Assembly: GCA_047601445.1 (NCBI GenBank)
Contig: JASGJH010000001.1
Span: 7,584,001 to 7,648,000, forward strand
Length of the DNA stretch: 64,000 bases
Source of the DNA: Myxococcales bacterium
GTDB taxonomy: Bacteria; Myxococcota_A; Polyangia; Polyangiales; DASUME01
Reading direction: 5' to 3'
How positions within the stretch are numbered: position 1 is the stretch's first letter; each line of letters opens with the position of its first letter. A program made the translations under genes and the position numbers. Under the pieces are notes generated by a model. The model did not search any database. It was not told the DNA's origin and saw only the letters and a program-made list of their open reading frames with translations. Below, in pieces: positions 7,963-17,600 of this stretch.

Positions 7963-9852
7963 ATGTCAGACTATGAAGATTACTACGCTCGCTGGTCGTA
8001 CGAGCAGCTTCGGCTGCAGCAACCACATGTAAAATTTGGGGGGCTTTGGCACGTCGGACCGTACCACTTCATCGTCTGTCCGGGTGCGAAGACGGCAGCC
8101 ACGTTGGAAGGCGAGGACCTTGGTGCCTGGTTCGATGGCCATTGTCGTGTGCTCGGCTCAGCGATCGAGCTCGTCGAGAGTGCGCCCTCCAACGCCGAAC
8201 TGGTTCCAGAGAGAAGTTCCGCTGACCGAGCTCTCTTGGCCGGGGCACCCCGCAATCGCCGCGACGTGCTTGTTGATCTGGGACTCGCGCTTCCGCAAGA
8301 CTTCCCAGCCTTCACGGTTGACAACCCAAAGGCTGAAATCGTTCTTGTTACTAACCAAGAGCTTGATGCATCCGAACAAGAAGCTGCTCGCATAGCGTAC
8401 CAGTCCCTCGGATATCACAGAACGCCGAGTTTCTCGGTCGACCGCACGCGTGACTTAGCCGCCGGACCTTTTCGCCGCAGCTATGGCGACGGGGACATAA
8501 GTTTGATTCCTAGTCGTCGACTGCAAGGCATCACTCGCGAACTCCGGTTTCTGGTCGAAGACGATGAGCAGGCATGGGTTGATTCGCGCGTTCGCCTCTT
8601 CTCAGAGTTCGAAGCGGAGCCCGGTAACTTGCTGCCGGCCGGATGGGAGAGGGGCAAACGTTTGGGGTGCGTCGTAGACGGAACCGTATTTCGTCCAGCT
8701 AACATTCGAACCTATTTATCACTCTACGAAGTCGTGTACCTAGCTCTCCCGCTGGCAGACGCTTTCGAGGACGCCTGTGCCGCGCTCGGTGTGACCCAGG
8801 CGGAGCTCGCGAAATTGGTTCTTATCGGGAGAGTCAAACTGCTCCTGCCGCAGCCACTTGATCGATATCCCCTCGATTGGCTTTGTTCCGTTGCCGAAAG
8901 TGCTCCCACCGGCCTGTTGTTTTCAAGGCGTCTCGCGGCGGCGACCATAAGCGATGCGCGCCGTCGAGTCCCATTCTTGTTTCCGCCGCTCAGTCCAGCT
9001 GAGCGGTACACCCTCCTTCACGCGTTGTCGGAGAACGCGGCGGAGATAGTTGGGGCCTCCCGGCAGGACCGCTTTGCGCGGTTTCTCGGAGAAATAGGGG
9101 CCGCGTGGTGCCGAGCAGAATGGGCCGTCCAGGACAGGGGCGCGATGGGCACTATGAGCTGCGGCATAGGAGTGATGGCCAGCGCTCTGTACGAACAAAT
9201 ACGCGGAGCCGATCTGCGACTCGAACTTACCACTGCCGCTCAGAAGGTGGAGTGGGCAGCTGCCTTGGGAGCTCACGTCTTTCCTGCCACTAACGACGGC
9301 TATGACGAAAGCAATGCCTGCGATCTGGTTGCGGGCATCTACGGGACGCTGAAAGCACCGTCACGTACGGTGCCGCCGTCAGCGCTTTCAACAATCACAG
9401 ACCTTCTGGCGATCGACAACAGAGTGTCGGTCGTTGATTTTGCTAACGAGTTTTCTTCCGCAGACATTGTCCGCCTTCGTCAGCTTGTGCTTCGCCTTAC
9501 GCGCGAGAATATCGATGAGGATTTTCTGAAGGACGCAGTGGCCAAGTTCAATGCCGAGGTCAGACGGTACGAAAAACGGCCGGACTTGCTCGGCAAGGTC
9601 AACGTGGTTGGCCTCTTTTCGGCGGGCGCGACAGCGATGGGTGCCGTCGATCCAACGATTAAGGCAGTTGTGCCGCTAGCGGGATTTGTCCTTGGCTTCA
9701 TTGTCAACCGGGCGCTTGAGGAACTACCTCGTCATTCGGCGCATGGCGGAGCTGTAGTGGACTTCTGCAACGCGGCGCTTTCGGGCCGATTCAACAGCGA
9801 ACCGGTCCTCGTGGCGCGGGCCAAGAAGGAGGTGGCCCGGCTAAAACGTTAG
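7963..9852 (+). CDS. 629-aa hypothetical protein (island cargo, candidate defence protein)
   Basis: Long ORF with normal globular composition and atypical codon usage; hydrophobic stretch near the C-terminus; no motif recognised. Confidence 0.85.
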   Translation: MSDYEDYYARWSYEQLRLQQPHVKFGGLWHVGPYHFIVCPGAKTAATLEGEDLGAWFDGHCRVLGSAIELVESAPSNAELVPERSSADRALLAGAPRNRRDVLVDLGLALPQDFPAFTVDNPKAEIVLVTNQELDASEQEAARIAYQSLGYHRTPSFSVDRTRDLAAGPFRRSYGDGDISLIPSRRLQGITRELRFLVEDDEQAWVDSRVRLFSEFEAEPGNLLPAGWERGKRLGCVVDGTVFRPANIRTYLSLYEVVYLALPLADAFEDACAALGVTQAELAKLVLIGRVKLLLPQPLDRYPLDWLCSVAESAPTGLLFSRRLAAATISDARRRVPFLFPPLSPAERYTLLHALSENAAEIVGASRQDRFARFLGEIGAAWCRAEWAVQDRGAMGTMSCGIGVMASALYEQIRGADLRLELTTAAQKVEWAAALGAHVFPATNDGYDESNACDLVAGIYGTLKAPSRTVPPSALSTITDLLAIDNRVSVVDFANEFSSADIVRLRQLVLRLTRENIDEDFLKDAVAKFNAEVRRYEKRPDLLGKVNVVGLFSAGATAMGAVDPTIKAVVPLAGFVLGFIVNRALEELPRHSAHGGAVVDFCNAALSGRFNSEPVLVARAKKEVARLKR

Positions 9853-10012
9853 CTCCGCAGTTAGCACAGTGCCGGCCGGGGGGGTGTCGACTTGCGTGCC
9901 GCTGGACACGACCCACCAGTTTAACGTGAGAACGAGCGACGCCGCAGCGGAACGTTGTCAAAGGCGAGATCGAGCGCGCGCCGGAGAAAGACAACTCGTT
10001 ACGTCGCAGGAT

Positions 10013-11815
10013 CTACTTTGGTACTCGCTCGAACTCGTCCAGACGTCCCTCCTGACCCACGTAGCTGAGGACTTCGCGAACTAGGGACCAATGGATGTCC
10101 GAATCGTTGACCTCATACTTTGCGACTCTCAGCAATGCGCTTGCGAGCCACTCTGCTTTGCTCTTAGTGCGACTTTCTTCCGGAAAGAAGCTTTCGAGTT
10201 CACCTCCGGGGCAGACGAAAATCCCGTGCTTCTTAAGAAGGACGAACGCGTGCTCAACGTATTCCAACCCGCTTCCCGAGAACGCTCCCTTTCCGCTTTT
10301 CTTTGCATTGCGCCAGGGGTCTGCTTGCGTTTCTAGGTCCTTGATACGTCGCCTAGTCCGGCCTAGGTCGGCCGGGCCTTCCTTGAGCTCTGGAAGCATC
10401 GCTTCCAATCCATCGAGGATTCTCTGCTGCCGCTCCGCCGGCGACGACTGTCCAGCAACTGTTTCCGCGATCTGCTTCTGCAGGTCAGCCAGTCGCTCGC
10501 GAGTTGGTGCTGACATTCCAAAGGATTGGGCAAGCTCCAGCAACGTGCCGGCCTCTCGAAAGATGTCGAAATCGACGATCGCGGCCACAGACACTTCCAT
10601 TTTTCGGTACTCGCCTGCGAGCTTTGCAATCGTCTGCTTTCCGCCAGCCGCAAGGAAGTAGGGGGCGGTCGGCGACCTTAGGCGGTCGGCCACGGCATGG
10701 AAGAATCGGGCATCCCGATCTCCTTCCACTACGACGACGCACGAGTAGAAGAGGCCTTCTAGGGCCCTAGCTGAACTGAGTACCGGGTCGCCTGCAATCT
10801 CTGAAAGATGCGAGGGGTCCAGAACCTTTCCCCTAAACTTACCTGCTCGCCTACTGAGCCGCACGATCTGTACGTCATTCGTATTCGCGATGACTCCACG
10901 CAACACGTCGACGCTGTGGGTCGATACAAATGTCTGCCGTCCTCGGTGGCGATCCTCAGCGAGGAGGGCACCAATGCGCCTTGCCTGCGGCGGATGCAGA
11001 AAGGTTTCGGGCTCGTCTACGAGGACGACCGGGCGATCAACTGAGATCAGCGCGGTCACAAGCCCCAGAAACGCTCGAATGCCGTCGCCTTGTGATTCGA
11101 GAGGTAGATGGTTGGCCAGAGCTTCTCTTAGTTTTCGGGGGTGCTCGGGTAGACTCGTTGGTCCAGGGCCAACCATTATGCGCAGACGATGAAGCTCGCT
11201 GTAGTCGAGCACAAAGTCAGTCTGAAATGCGTCGACGAAGCGTCGATGCACTTCGTCTTCTACTGCCTGATCGGCGTCTAGCAAGTGTTCGAGAAGTGAC
11301 TGTGGTCCTTGCCCGCCTGTGCCCAACTGTCCCCTTTCAAGCAACTGAAGACGCTGGGAAGTCTTCAAGAATGTGACGAGCCGGGGGCCGAAGTAGTAAG
11401 CGAAGAGGTCCGTTACTTGATTTGGCGGCAACCCGGCTGCGGAGAGCCTGGCATCGTCTGCGGCAACGTCCTCGTAGAGGAGATAGAAGTCTTGGGGCCA
11501 TCGAAGATGGGTGTCGCGCTGCTCGTTCCCGCACAGATCGGACGAAAGCGCAGTCCATCTTGAACCGCCTTCAGAGGCTTCGAAGAACGTAGCGAACGAT
11601 GACGACTGCAGTTCCGCGAAGGTCGCCGGCTTCTGAAAGTCCGTCCGGGTAACCACGACTCGCCGAAGCGCAGAGCCTGTTAGCTCGTCGTAGATGTCTT
11701 TGAGTGCGCGCGTCTTCCCGACGTTATTGGCGCCAATGAAGATGGTGAGTCTTCCGGTGGGAACGGGCGTCGAGTCGGTCAACAGTAGGGACGTGACCTT
11801 GAACGGTGTTGTCAT
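10013..11815 (-). CDS. OLD-family-like ATP-dependent nuclease (ABC/AAA ATPase plus TOPRIM)
   Basis: Walker A GANNVGKT; signature SQGDG; Walker B/D-loop VLVDEPETFLHP; H-loop STHS; TOPRIM VVVEGDRD, GGK, IVDFD. Confidence 0.85.
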   Translation of the reverse strand: MTTPFKVTSLLLTDSTPVPTGRLTIFIGANNVGKTRALKDIYDELTGSALRRVVVTRTDFQKPATFAELQSSSFATFFEASEGGSRWTALSSDLCGNEQRDTHLRWPQDFYLLYEDVAADDARLSAAGLPPNQVTDLFAYYFGPRLVTFLKTSQRLQLLERGQLGTGGQGPQSLLEHLLDADQAVEDEVHRRFVDAFQTDFVLDYSELHRLRIMVGPGPTSLPEHPRKLREALANHLPLESQGDGIRAFLGLVTALISVDRPVVLVDEPETFLHPPQARRIGALLAEDRHRGRQTFVSTHSVDVLRGVIANTNDVQIVRLSRRAGKFRGKVLDPSHLSEIAGDPVLSSARALEGLFYSCVVVVEGDRDARFFHAVADRLRSPTAPYFLAAGGKQTIAKLAGEYRKMEVSVAAIVDFDIFREAGTLLELAQSFGMSAPTRERLADLQKQIAETVAGQSSPAERQQRILDGLEAMLPELKEGPADLGRTRRRIKDLETQADPWRNAKKSGKGAFSGSGLEYVEHAFVLLKKHGIFVCPGGELESFFPEESRTKSKAEWLASALLRVAKYEVNDSDIHWSLVREVLSYVGQEGRLDEFERVPK

Positions 11816-12389
11816 TGTGCCTTTGATTCTCCGAACGCACGCCTGTCGACAGCGGACGCGCTCCGCTTGGCCAGGACCTTCTGTTGCTAAGCGGTCGCCG
11901 GCATTGGCCCTTGTCGCGAGCGTGCCCGGTTAGTCGACCCGAGATCGCAGGAAAATGTTATCTGAGGCACCATCTCGCGGCCCAAAAAGGTGCCCACAAA
12001 CCGCTTGGTCGATTCCTGTCGGATTCTGCATGAAATCACCGAAGGCTTCCACCCGTGGGACCCGTACTTTGGGGTCTCGGTGGAGGGCGGCGTGGGTTTA
12101 CAGAAAGGTGATGACGAAACCCGCACTCGGCATGGCGTAGAACTCGCGCAAGTTCTGCGCCACGTCGTGCGCGAGCTCGTCAAGTTGAACGTTCTCAGTG
12201 AGCCTCACGGAAAACGAACCGGCCTCGCTGGTGTGTGGCCGCAGGAAGGCGAACGTTTGCTCGCTGGAGAGGCTGCCGCCCTTGTCTTCGTAGCGCTTCG
12301 AGTGCTATTCGACCGTCGGCCACGAGGAGGCGAGGGGCATCGGAGAGCGTGTCGTCTCGCTCGTACCGACGCTGCGGAATCGCTAATAC

Positions 12390-12821
12390 TCAGTTGAGGA
12401 GCAGGTCCTTGAGCCTATCGAGATCACTCGATTCTATGCCGGCCTGACCGCACGCAGAAGCGACGTCTCGGGCCAGTCCACAAACGAGTTCACGAAGCTC
12501 GCCAAGGCTCACGAGTTGCTCGTGAACCATCTCCTCGCTGCGCCGCCGCTCGATACACCGAAGCCGGATCTCATCTTCGCCCATGCGTGTCGCGGCCACG
12601 TAGTAGGGCCCGTCCATGAAGTACATCAGGACTTCACGGTCGAAACCCTGCTCCAGCTTGGCTACCGCCTCGAGCCACCACGTGGTGATGACCACAGCGA
12701 AATCGTTCCACCGCTCTGCGGGGAAGCAGGTTCCGCCGAAGTCGAAGTACACGACGCCGGTGATCGAACGGCTGGCCGAGGCACTCTGCTCGACGGTGGC
12801 CGGGTCGAACGCGATCCGCAT
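12390..12821 (-). CDS. 143-aa hypothetical protein resembling orphan polymorphic-toxin immunity proteins
   Basis: ATG 12821; motif GVVYFDF..FPAERWNDFAVVITTWW..FMDGPY. Confidence 0.65.
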   Translation of the reverse strand: MRIAFDPATVEQSASASRSITGVVYFDFGGTCFPAERWNDFAVVITTWWLEAVAKLEQGFDREVLMYFMDGPYYVAATRMGEDEIRLRCIERRRSEEMVHEQLVSLGELRELVCGLARDVASACGQAGIESSDLDRLKDLLLN

Positions 12822-12882
12822 TTGGGTCTCCAACGAAATCCGAAGCGGGGTGAATCCACAGGTGGTCGATCCCCTGCAGGCC

Positions 12883-13015
<133 letters not shown>

Positions 13016-13028
13016 AGAAGTGGGCCGT

Positions 13029-13056
13029 AAGGTAGTCGGCTCGGGGCTTCTGTCAA
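13029..13056 (-). promoter_or_regulatory. Sigma70-like promoter of tRNA-Gly
   Basis: TTGACA-N16-TACCTT just upstream of the tRNA. Confidence 0.6.
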
Positions 13057-13117
13057 GGCAGGTTGTGCGGGTATCGCTCGGAAGGCTTTTTCTCTGCAAA
13101 GCCAAGGGGGTAGGAGC

Positions 13118-13696
13118 TCACTTGAGGGGGGCTTTCCAGGCCGCTTTGGGCAGGCGGTACAGGACGTGGGGCCGCAGGGGGTGGCCGGGGGGCAGGCGGG
13201 GGTGGTCGAAGTCGCCCGAGGCATCGTGGGTCATGCCGATTCGATCCATGACGCGCCTCGATGCGAGGTTTGGGGGCACGGTATACGCGAGGACTTCTTG
13301 CTGGGAGAGGGCGTCGAAGGCGAAGCGCAGGGATTCGCGGGCGGCTTCGGTGGCGTAGCCCTTGCCCCAGGCGTGGCGGGCCAGACGCCAGCCGACTTCG
13401 ATGCAGGGCGTGAAGTGGGCTTCGAAGACGGCGTGCACGATGCCGACGAAACCAACTAAGGGCGCTCCGTCGCGTTCTTCGAGCGCCCAGAGTCCGTAGC
13501 CGTGGGCCCGGATGTGGTCTTGAAGGCGCTGCATCAGGGTCTCGCTCTCCTCACGCGAGAGCTGTCCTGGGAGGTAGCGCATCACTTCGGGGTCCGCGTT
13601 GAGTCGCGCGAAGGGCTCGAGGTCGCTCTCTCGCCACGGCCGCAGCACGAGGCGCTCGGTATGCAGCGTGATCATGGTGCTCACGCGGGGACTCAT
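13118..13696 (-). CDS. GNAT family N-acetyltransferase (RimJ/RimL-like)
   Basis: TERLVLRPW, EVGWRL..AWGKGYATEAA, NLASRRVMDRIGM. Confidence 0.9.
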   Translation of the reverse strand: MSPRVSTMITLHTERLVLRPWRESDLEPFARLNADPEVMRYLPGQLSREESETLMQRLQDHIRAHGYGLWALEERDGAPLVGFVGIVHAVFEAHFTPCIEVGWRLARHAWGKGYATEAARESLRFAFDALSQQEVLAYTVPPNLASRRVMDRIGMTHDASGDFDHPRLPPGHPLRPHVLYRLPKAAWKAPLK

Positions 13697-13728
13697 AGCG
13701 CGCGCCGCAGCGGTGGCGAGAGCAGCGC

Positions 13729-14583
13729 TCAACGGGGGGCCTGAGGTTTACGCCAGAGCTCGTGTAGATCGCCGCGGATGCCGAGTGTGAAGCGCGGAGA
13801 TGCGGTGTCGATAAGGCGGGCGGTCCAGGTCTGTTCCGAGGGCTGGCTGTAGTAGTCGTCGTAGCGGCGCGTGTACTGCACGACGGGTGAGCTCACGACC
13901 AGGGGCACCATCAAGCTGAGCTCGAGCTTGCCCCAGGGCAGCCCAATCGATCCCGAGAGGTAGGGCTCCAAAGTGACCGCGTTGGCGACGCGATCGGAGG
14001 GCGCTCCCATCAGTTGATCGAAGTCGTAGTGCAGCACCGAGGCCCGCAGACCACCGCCGCCGCCACCGAAGCGACTCTTGCGCCAGCCTGCATGGGCTTG
14101 CACGAACGGTTGCACGAACCAGCTCGACGAGGTGATCCACAGCGAGCAATCCACGCCGTAGTTCCCGTTGATGTCGAAGTTGCGGTGGCAGGCGTTCGCG
14201 TCGGTGCGCCCGTAGCCCAGTCCCGCGAAGGCCTCCACAGCGAAGTTCCCCTTGCTGAGGCCCCAGCCTGCGGCGGCTTCCACCTGCCGGGTGTGGTTCA
14301 TCTCGTTCATCTTGCGCTCGCTGTTGTCCTCCGCGTGAAGTCCGTCGTAGTGGGCGAAGGAGCCTTGTACGTAGGCGCGCGTCGACTCGCTCGGAGCCAC
14401 GGCGGCGTAGGCGTTGGCGCCGCGCGTGGGCATGGCAGGGCGCACGTTGGCTCCGATGCTGAGGTCGCCCTTGTTGTGGAAGAGGGGCACCACTGGGCCG
14501 GGTGGTGAGTAGGTGCTCATGCAGCCCGCGCTCAGGGTGAGCAGCAAGAGGGTGAGCAATGCCTGGAGGTGAGACGAGCGCAT
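13729..14583 (-). CDS. Hypothetical lipoprotein, possibly beta-barrel-like
   Basis: ATG 14583; lipobox LSAGC; alternating beta-strand pattern. Confidence 0.7.
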   Translation of the reverse strand: MRSSHLQALLTLLLLTLSAGCMSTYSPPGPVVPLFHNKGDLSIGANVRPAMPTRGANAYAAVAPSESTRAYVQGSFAHYDGLHAEDNSERKMNEMNHTRQVEAAAGWGLSKGNFAVEAFAGLGYGRTDANACHRNFDINGNYGVDCSLWITSSSWFVQPFVQAHAGWRKSRFGGGGGGLRASVLHYDFDQLMGAPSDRVANAVTLEPYLSGSIGLPWGKLELSLMVPLVVSSPVVQYTRRYDDYYSQPSEQTWTARLIDTASPRFTLGIRGDLHELWRKPQAPR

Positions 14584-14665
14584 GAAGGACACGGGCCGCG
14601 TAGAGCAAGCGTTGGGCCAGCCAAACGAGTGAACCAGAGCACGCTTCGAGAGCACTCCGGGCTGC

Positions 14666-15583
14666 ATGCTGTGGTCGTGCGGCAACAGGCGAGGGGCACA
14701 CCTGGTCAGGAAAAGGCACGCTGTACTAGGCTCGCGATGCGTGCGCTCGATTCGGCATGGGATGTTGTTGGGTCTGCTCGGGGTGATGGGTTGTGCTCCC
14801 CTCGAGGTGGTGGCCCCAGATGGCGAGGGTGGTGTGCCCGCGGTGGATGCTTCGCCCGAGGCCCAGGCGCGCTTCAGCTTCTTCGTCACCAGCCTCGCGG
14901 CGATGCAGAGTCTGTCGGGGAGCTCGCAGGGCTTCGGCGGAGATCTGCGCTTCGGTGAGTACGGCGCGGGCGCGGGCCTGCGTGGGGCCGACAAAATCTG
15001 CGCGGCCATCGCGGCGAGCGCGCTACCGGCCGCGAGTGAGAAGACATGGCGGGCCTTCTTGAGCACCTCTTACGAACACGCACGGGACCGCATCGGCGCG
15101 GGCCCCTGGTACGACCGGCACGGGCGCTTGGTGGCGAACTCGCTCGAGGAGCTCACAGCGCTGCGCCCGACGGCCGCCGACCCTGCGATTCGCGATGATC
15201 TACCCAACGAAGACGGCGTGCCCAACCACGATCCCTACGGCAAGGGCGGTGTGGACAACCACGACGTGCTCACGGGCTCCGACGCGGCAGGGCGACTCTA
15301 TGGCAGCGCCCCCGACAACACCTGCGATGACTGGACGAGCGCAGCCCCGAGTGGGAGTCCGCGCATGGGGCACTCGTGGCCTCGTGACTCCGAGGCGGTG
15401 CGCGCGGGCGATCCGCTGGCCAGCTGGAGCTCCGCCCACGATGGCGCCGGCTGCGCACCGGGCTTGAACCTGATCGAGACCGGCAAGCCCATCACCAAGA
15501 GCCCACTCAGCCCCACGGGGCGTTCGGTGGGCGAGGGCGGAGGCTACGGGGCTATCTACTGTTTTGCGCTGAGCGCGCCCTGA
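14666..15583 (+). CDS. Lipoprotein with an endostatin/C-type-lectin-like (DUF1554-like) domain; start uncertain
   Basis: FFVTS..GGDL..GADKIC..WRAFLS..ARDRIGAGPWY..IYCFA; lipobox VMGC. Confidence 0.7.
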   Translation: MLWSCGNRRGAHLVRKRHAVLGSRCVRSIRHGMLLGLLGVMGCAPLEVVAPDGEGGVPAVDASPEAQARFSFFVTSLAAMQSLSGSSQGFGGDLRFGEYGAGAGLRGADKICAAIAASALPAASEKTWRAFLSTSYEHARDRIGAGPWYDRHGRLVANSLEELTALRPTAADPAIRDDLPNEDGVPNHDPYGKGGVDNHDVLTGSDAAGRLYGSAPDNTCDDWTSAAPSGSPRMGHSWPRDSEAVRAGDPLASWSSAHDGAGCAPGLNLIETGKPITKSPLSPTGRSVGEGGGYGAIYCFALSAP

Positions 15584-15803
15584 GCGGGCGCTCCACACCT
15601 GTGGTGTAAGGCGCCGCGACAATGGCGTAAGCGTCGCCATGCCCGGGCTCGTGGCCGGATCACAGCCGTGGCCGTGGCCGCGCTCGTGAGCGGGAACGAT
15701 GCCATGGCCGTGATCAACGCCCTTGATCAACGCCCTCGAACGAGCGCGCAACCTGCGCCGCTGATGACCGATATCGAAGGGCATGCAGCACTTGTACTCG
15801 TCA

Positions 15804-17357
15804 TCACTCGTAGCGCACGCCGTCCGCGGGCAGCAGGCGCGCCGCCCAGTAACTCGGCACGAGCGTGGCCGCGGTGCAGATCGCGAGCGCGATCAGGATC
15901 GTGTACACGAACTCCAGCGGACTCACGCGCACCGGCAAGTGATCGATGAGGTAGACCTTGGGGTCCAGCGGGAAGGTGTAGATGCTCAGATAGCCGGTGA
16001 CGATGCCGCCGATGACCAGGCCCACCGCCGTGCCGACCAAGCCGATGAGCACGCCCTGCACCAGGAAGATGGAGAGGATGCCGCTGTCCTTGGCGCCCAT
16101 GGCCTTGAGGATGGCGATCTCACGCTTCTTCTCCAGCACGATCATGATCAGCGTGGCGATCACGTTGAAGGCCGCCACGAAGATGATGGTGGCGATCACC
16201 AGGCTCAGCATGACCTTCTGCACCTCGAGCGCGGTGAACAGGTTGTGGTTCAGCTCCTGCCAATCCATGGTGTGATAGGGGCCGCCACCGAGGTCGGCCT
16301 CGAGCTCGCGCGCCACCGCGGGCGCACGCTCGATGTCGTTGAGCCGGAGCTCCACGCCGGTGACGCTGTCGCCGTGATCGAAGAAGCGTTGCGCCTCGTA
16401 GAGGTCCACATAGACCAGGCGCGTGTCGTACTCCTGAAAGCCCGCCTGGAACACGCCGACCACGCGGAAGTCGAGGGAGCGCGGGCTGTTGCCGTCGGCT
16501 TGCCACATCGAGGTGTCGAGCCCTGCCAGCGGCGAGATGATGCGCACTTCGTCGCCGAGGGAGAGCTCGAGGCTCTCCGCCAAAGCGGCCCCCACGATGA
16601 CGCCGGGCAAGCTGGTGTTGCCGGGCTTGGGCTCGTTCTTCGGCTCGAAGAGGGCCTGCTCGGCATCGTCGTCGGGGAGGTTCACCTCATCGCCTTCGTT
16701 GCCCAGGGCGGCTTCCATCTCGGCCGGCGTGGGAACGTGGACCTTGGGCAGGGGAGCCGTGGGCTTGGGGCTCGCTTCGGCTGGGGCCGCGGGTTCAGGT
16801 GCGTTCTCGGGCACGGGGGCGACCTGCTTGGTCGCGTCGAGGTCCTTGCTGAGGTTGCGCAGGTAGGCGTCGAGGTCTTCTTCGCCCGCCAGGGGGGCGC
16901 TACTGACGGGCAGCTTGGGGGCTGGAGGCTTGCTGCCGGGCAGGCGCAGGCCGTCGAGCTTTCCGCGGATCATCTGGGAGGGGAGGTCGAGCACCTTGGC
17001 GATGCGGTCGGGGTCCACCCCCTTCACCAGCACACCCGAGAGCCGGTCGCCCTTGGCCAGCATCATCTCGTGGATCACGAATGGTGCGGCGCCTTCCACC
17101 TCGGGCAGCTTCTCGGCGTGCTCCACCACCTCGCGGTGCTCGCTGAAATCGAGGCCGTACTTGAGCACCAGGACGTGGGCGTTGACGCCCAGGATCTTGT
17201 TGCGGAAGGCGTCTTGAAATCCGCCCGTGATGGCCATCACGGCGAGCAGGGCCCCCACCCCCAGGGCCACGCCGGTCACCGCGATGATGGTGATGACCGA
17301 GATGGTTTTGCGCTTCTTGGAGCGCAGGTAGCGAAAGCCTACCGAGAGTGCGTACAT
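15804..17357 (-). CDS. lolC: Lipoprotein-releasing ABC transporter permease LolC/E-like
   Basis: RYLRSKK..GVALGVGALLAVMAITGGFQ; KKREIAILKAMGA; YLIDHLPV; C-terminal LPADGVRYE. Confidence 0.85.
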   Translation of the reverse strand: MYALSVGFRYLRSKKRKTISVITIIAVTGVALGVGALLAVMAITGGFQDAFRNKILGVNAHVLVLKYGLDFSEHREVVEHAEKLPEVEGAAPFVIHEMMLAKGDRLSGVLVKGVDPDRIAKVLDLPSQMIRGKLDGLRLPGSKPPAPKLPVSSAPLAGEEDLDAYLRNLSKDLDATKQVAPVPENAPEPAAPAEASPKPTAPLPKVHVPTPAEMEAALGNEGDEVNLPDDDAEQALFEPKNEPKPGNTSLPGVIVGAALAESLELSLGDEVRIISPLAGLDTSMWQADGNSPRSLDFRVVGVFQAGFQEYDTRLVYVDLYEAQRFFDHGDSVTGVELRLNDIERAPAVARELEADLGGGPYHTMDWQELNHNLFTALEVQKVMLSLVIATIIFVAAFNVIATLIMIVLEKKREIAILKAMGAKDSGILSIFLVQGVLIGLVGTAVGLVIGGIVTGYLSIYTFPLDPKVYLIDHLPVRVSPLEFVYTILIALAICTAATLVPSYWAARLLPADGVRYE

Positions 17358-17600
17358 GGCGGTGCCAGGTGGCCTACCACACGGCAGAAGTTATCGCATT
17401 CATTTCATTCTTCGGTCCCAGGAATGACTTCGGGGGCGAGCCGTGTTGGGGGCAGAACGAGGGGTTCCGTGACAGGCGCCCCGACGTAGAAAAGCGCCGT
17501 AATTTCTGCTCTCGGCCCGTCAGGCCAGCCTCGATTTGCCGCAGAACTACCGTTGCGGCACCCGTTGCGAGTACCCTTCCGACCCTGTTTGCCGTTGCCG

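Noticed and set aside
7963..11815. Gabija or two-gene PARIS system
   Set aside because: The 629-aa neighbour has no helicase or ATPase motifs and is convergent rather than operonic
7170..12882. Integrase gene or integron attC cassette array in the islet
   Set aside because: No tyrosine or serine recombinase motifs in any ORF, no convincing repeated attC structure, and the genes are not co-oriented
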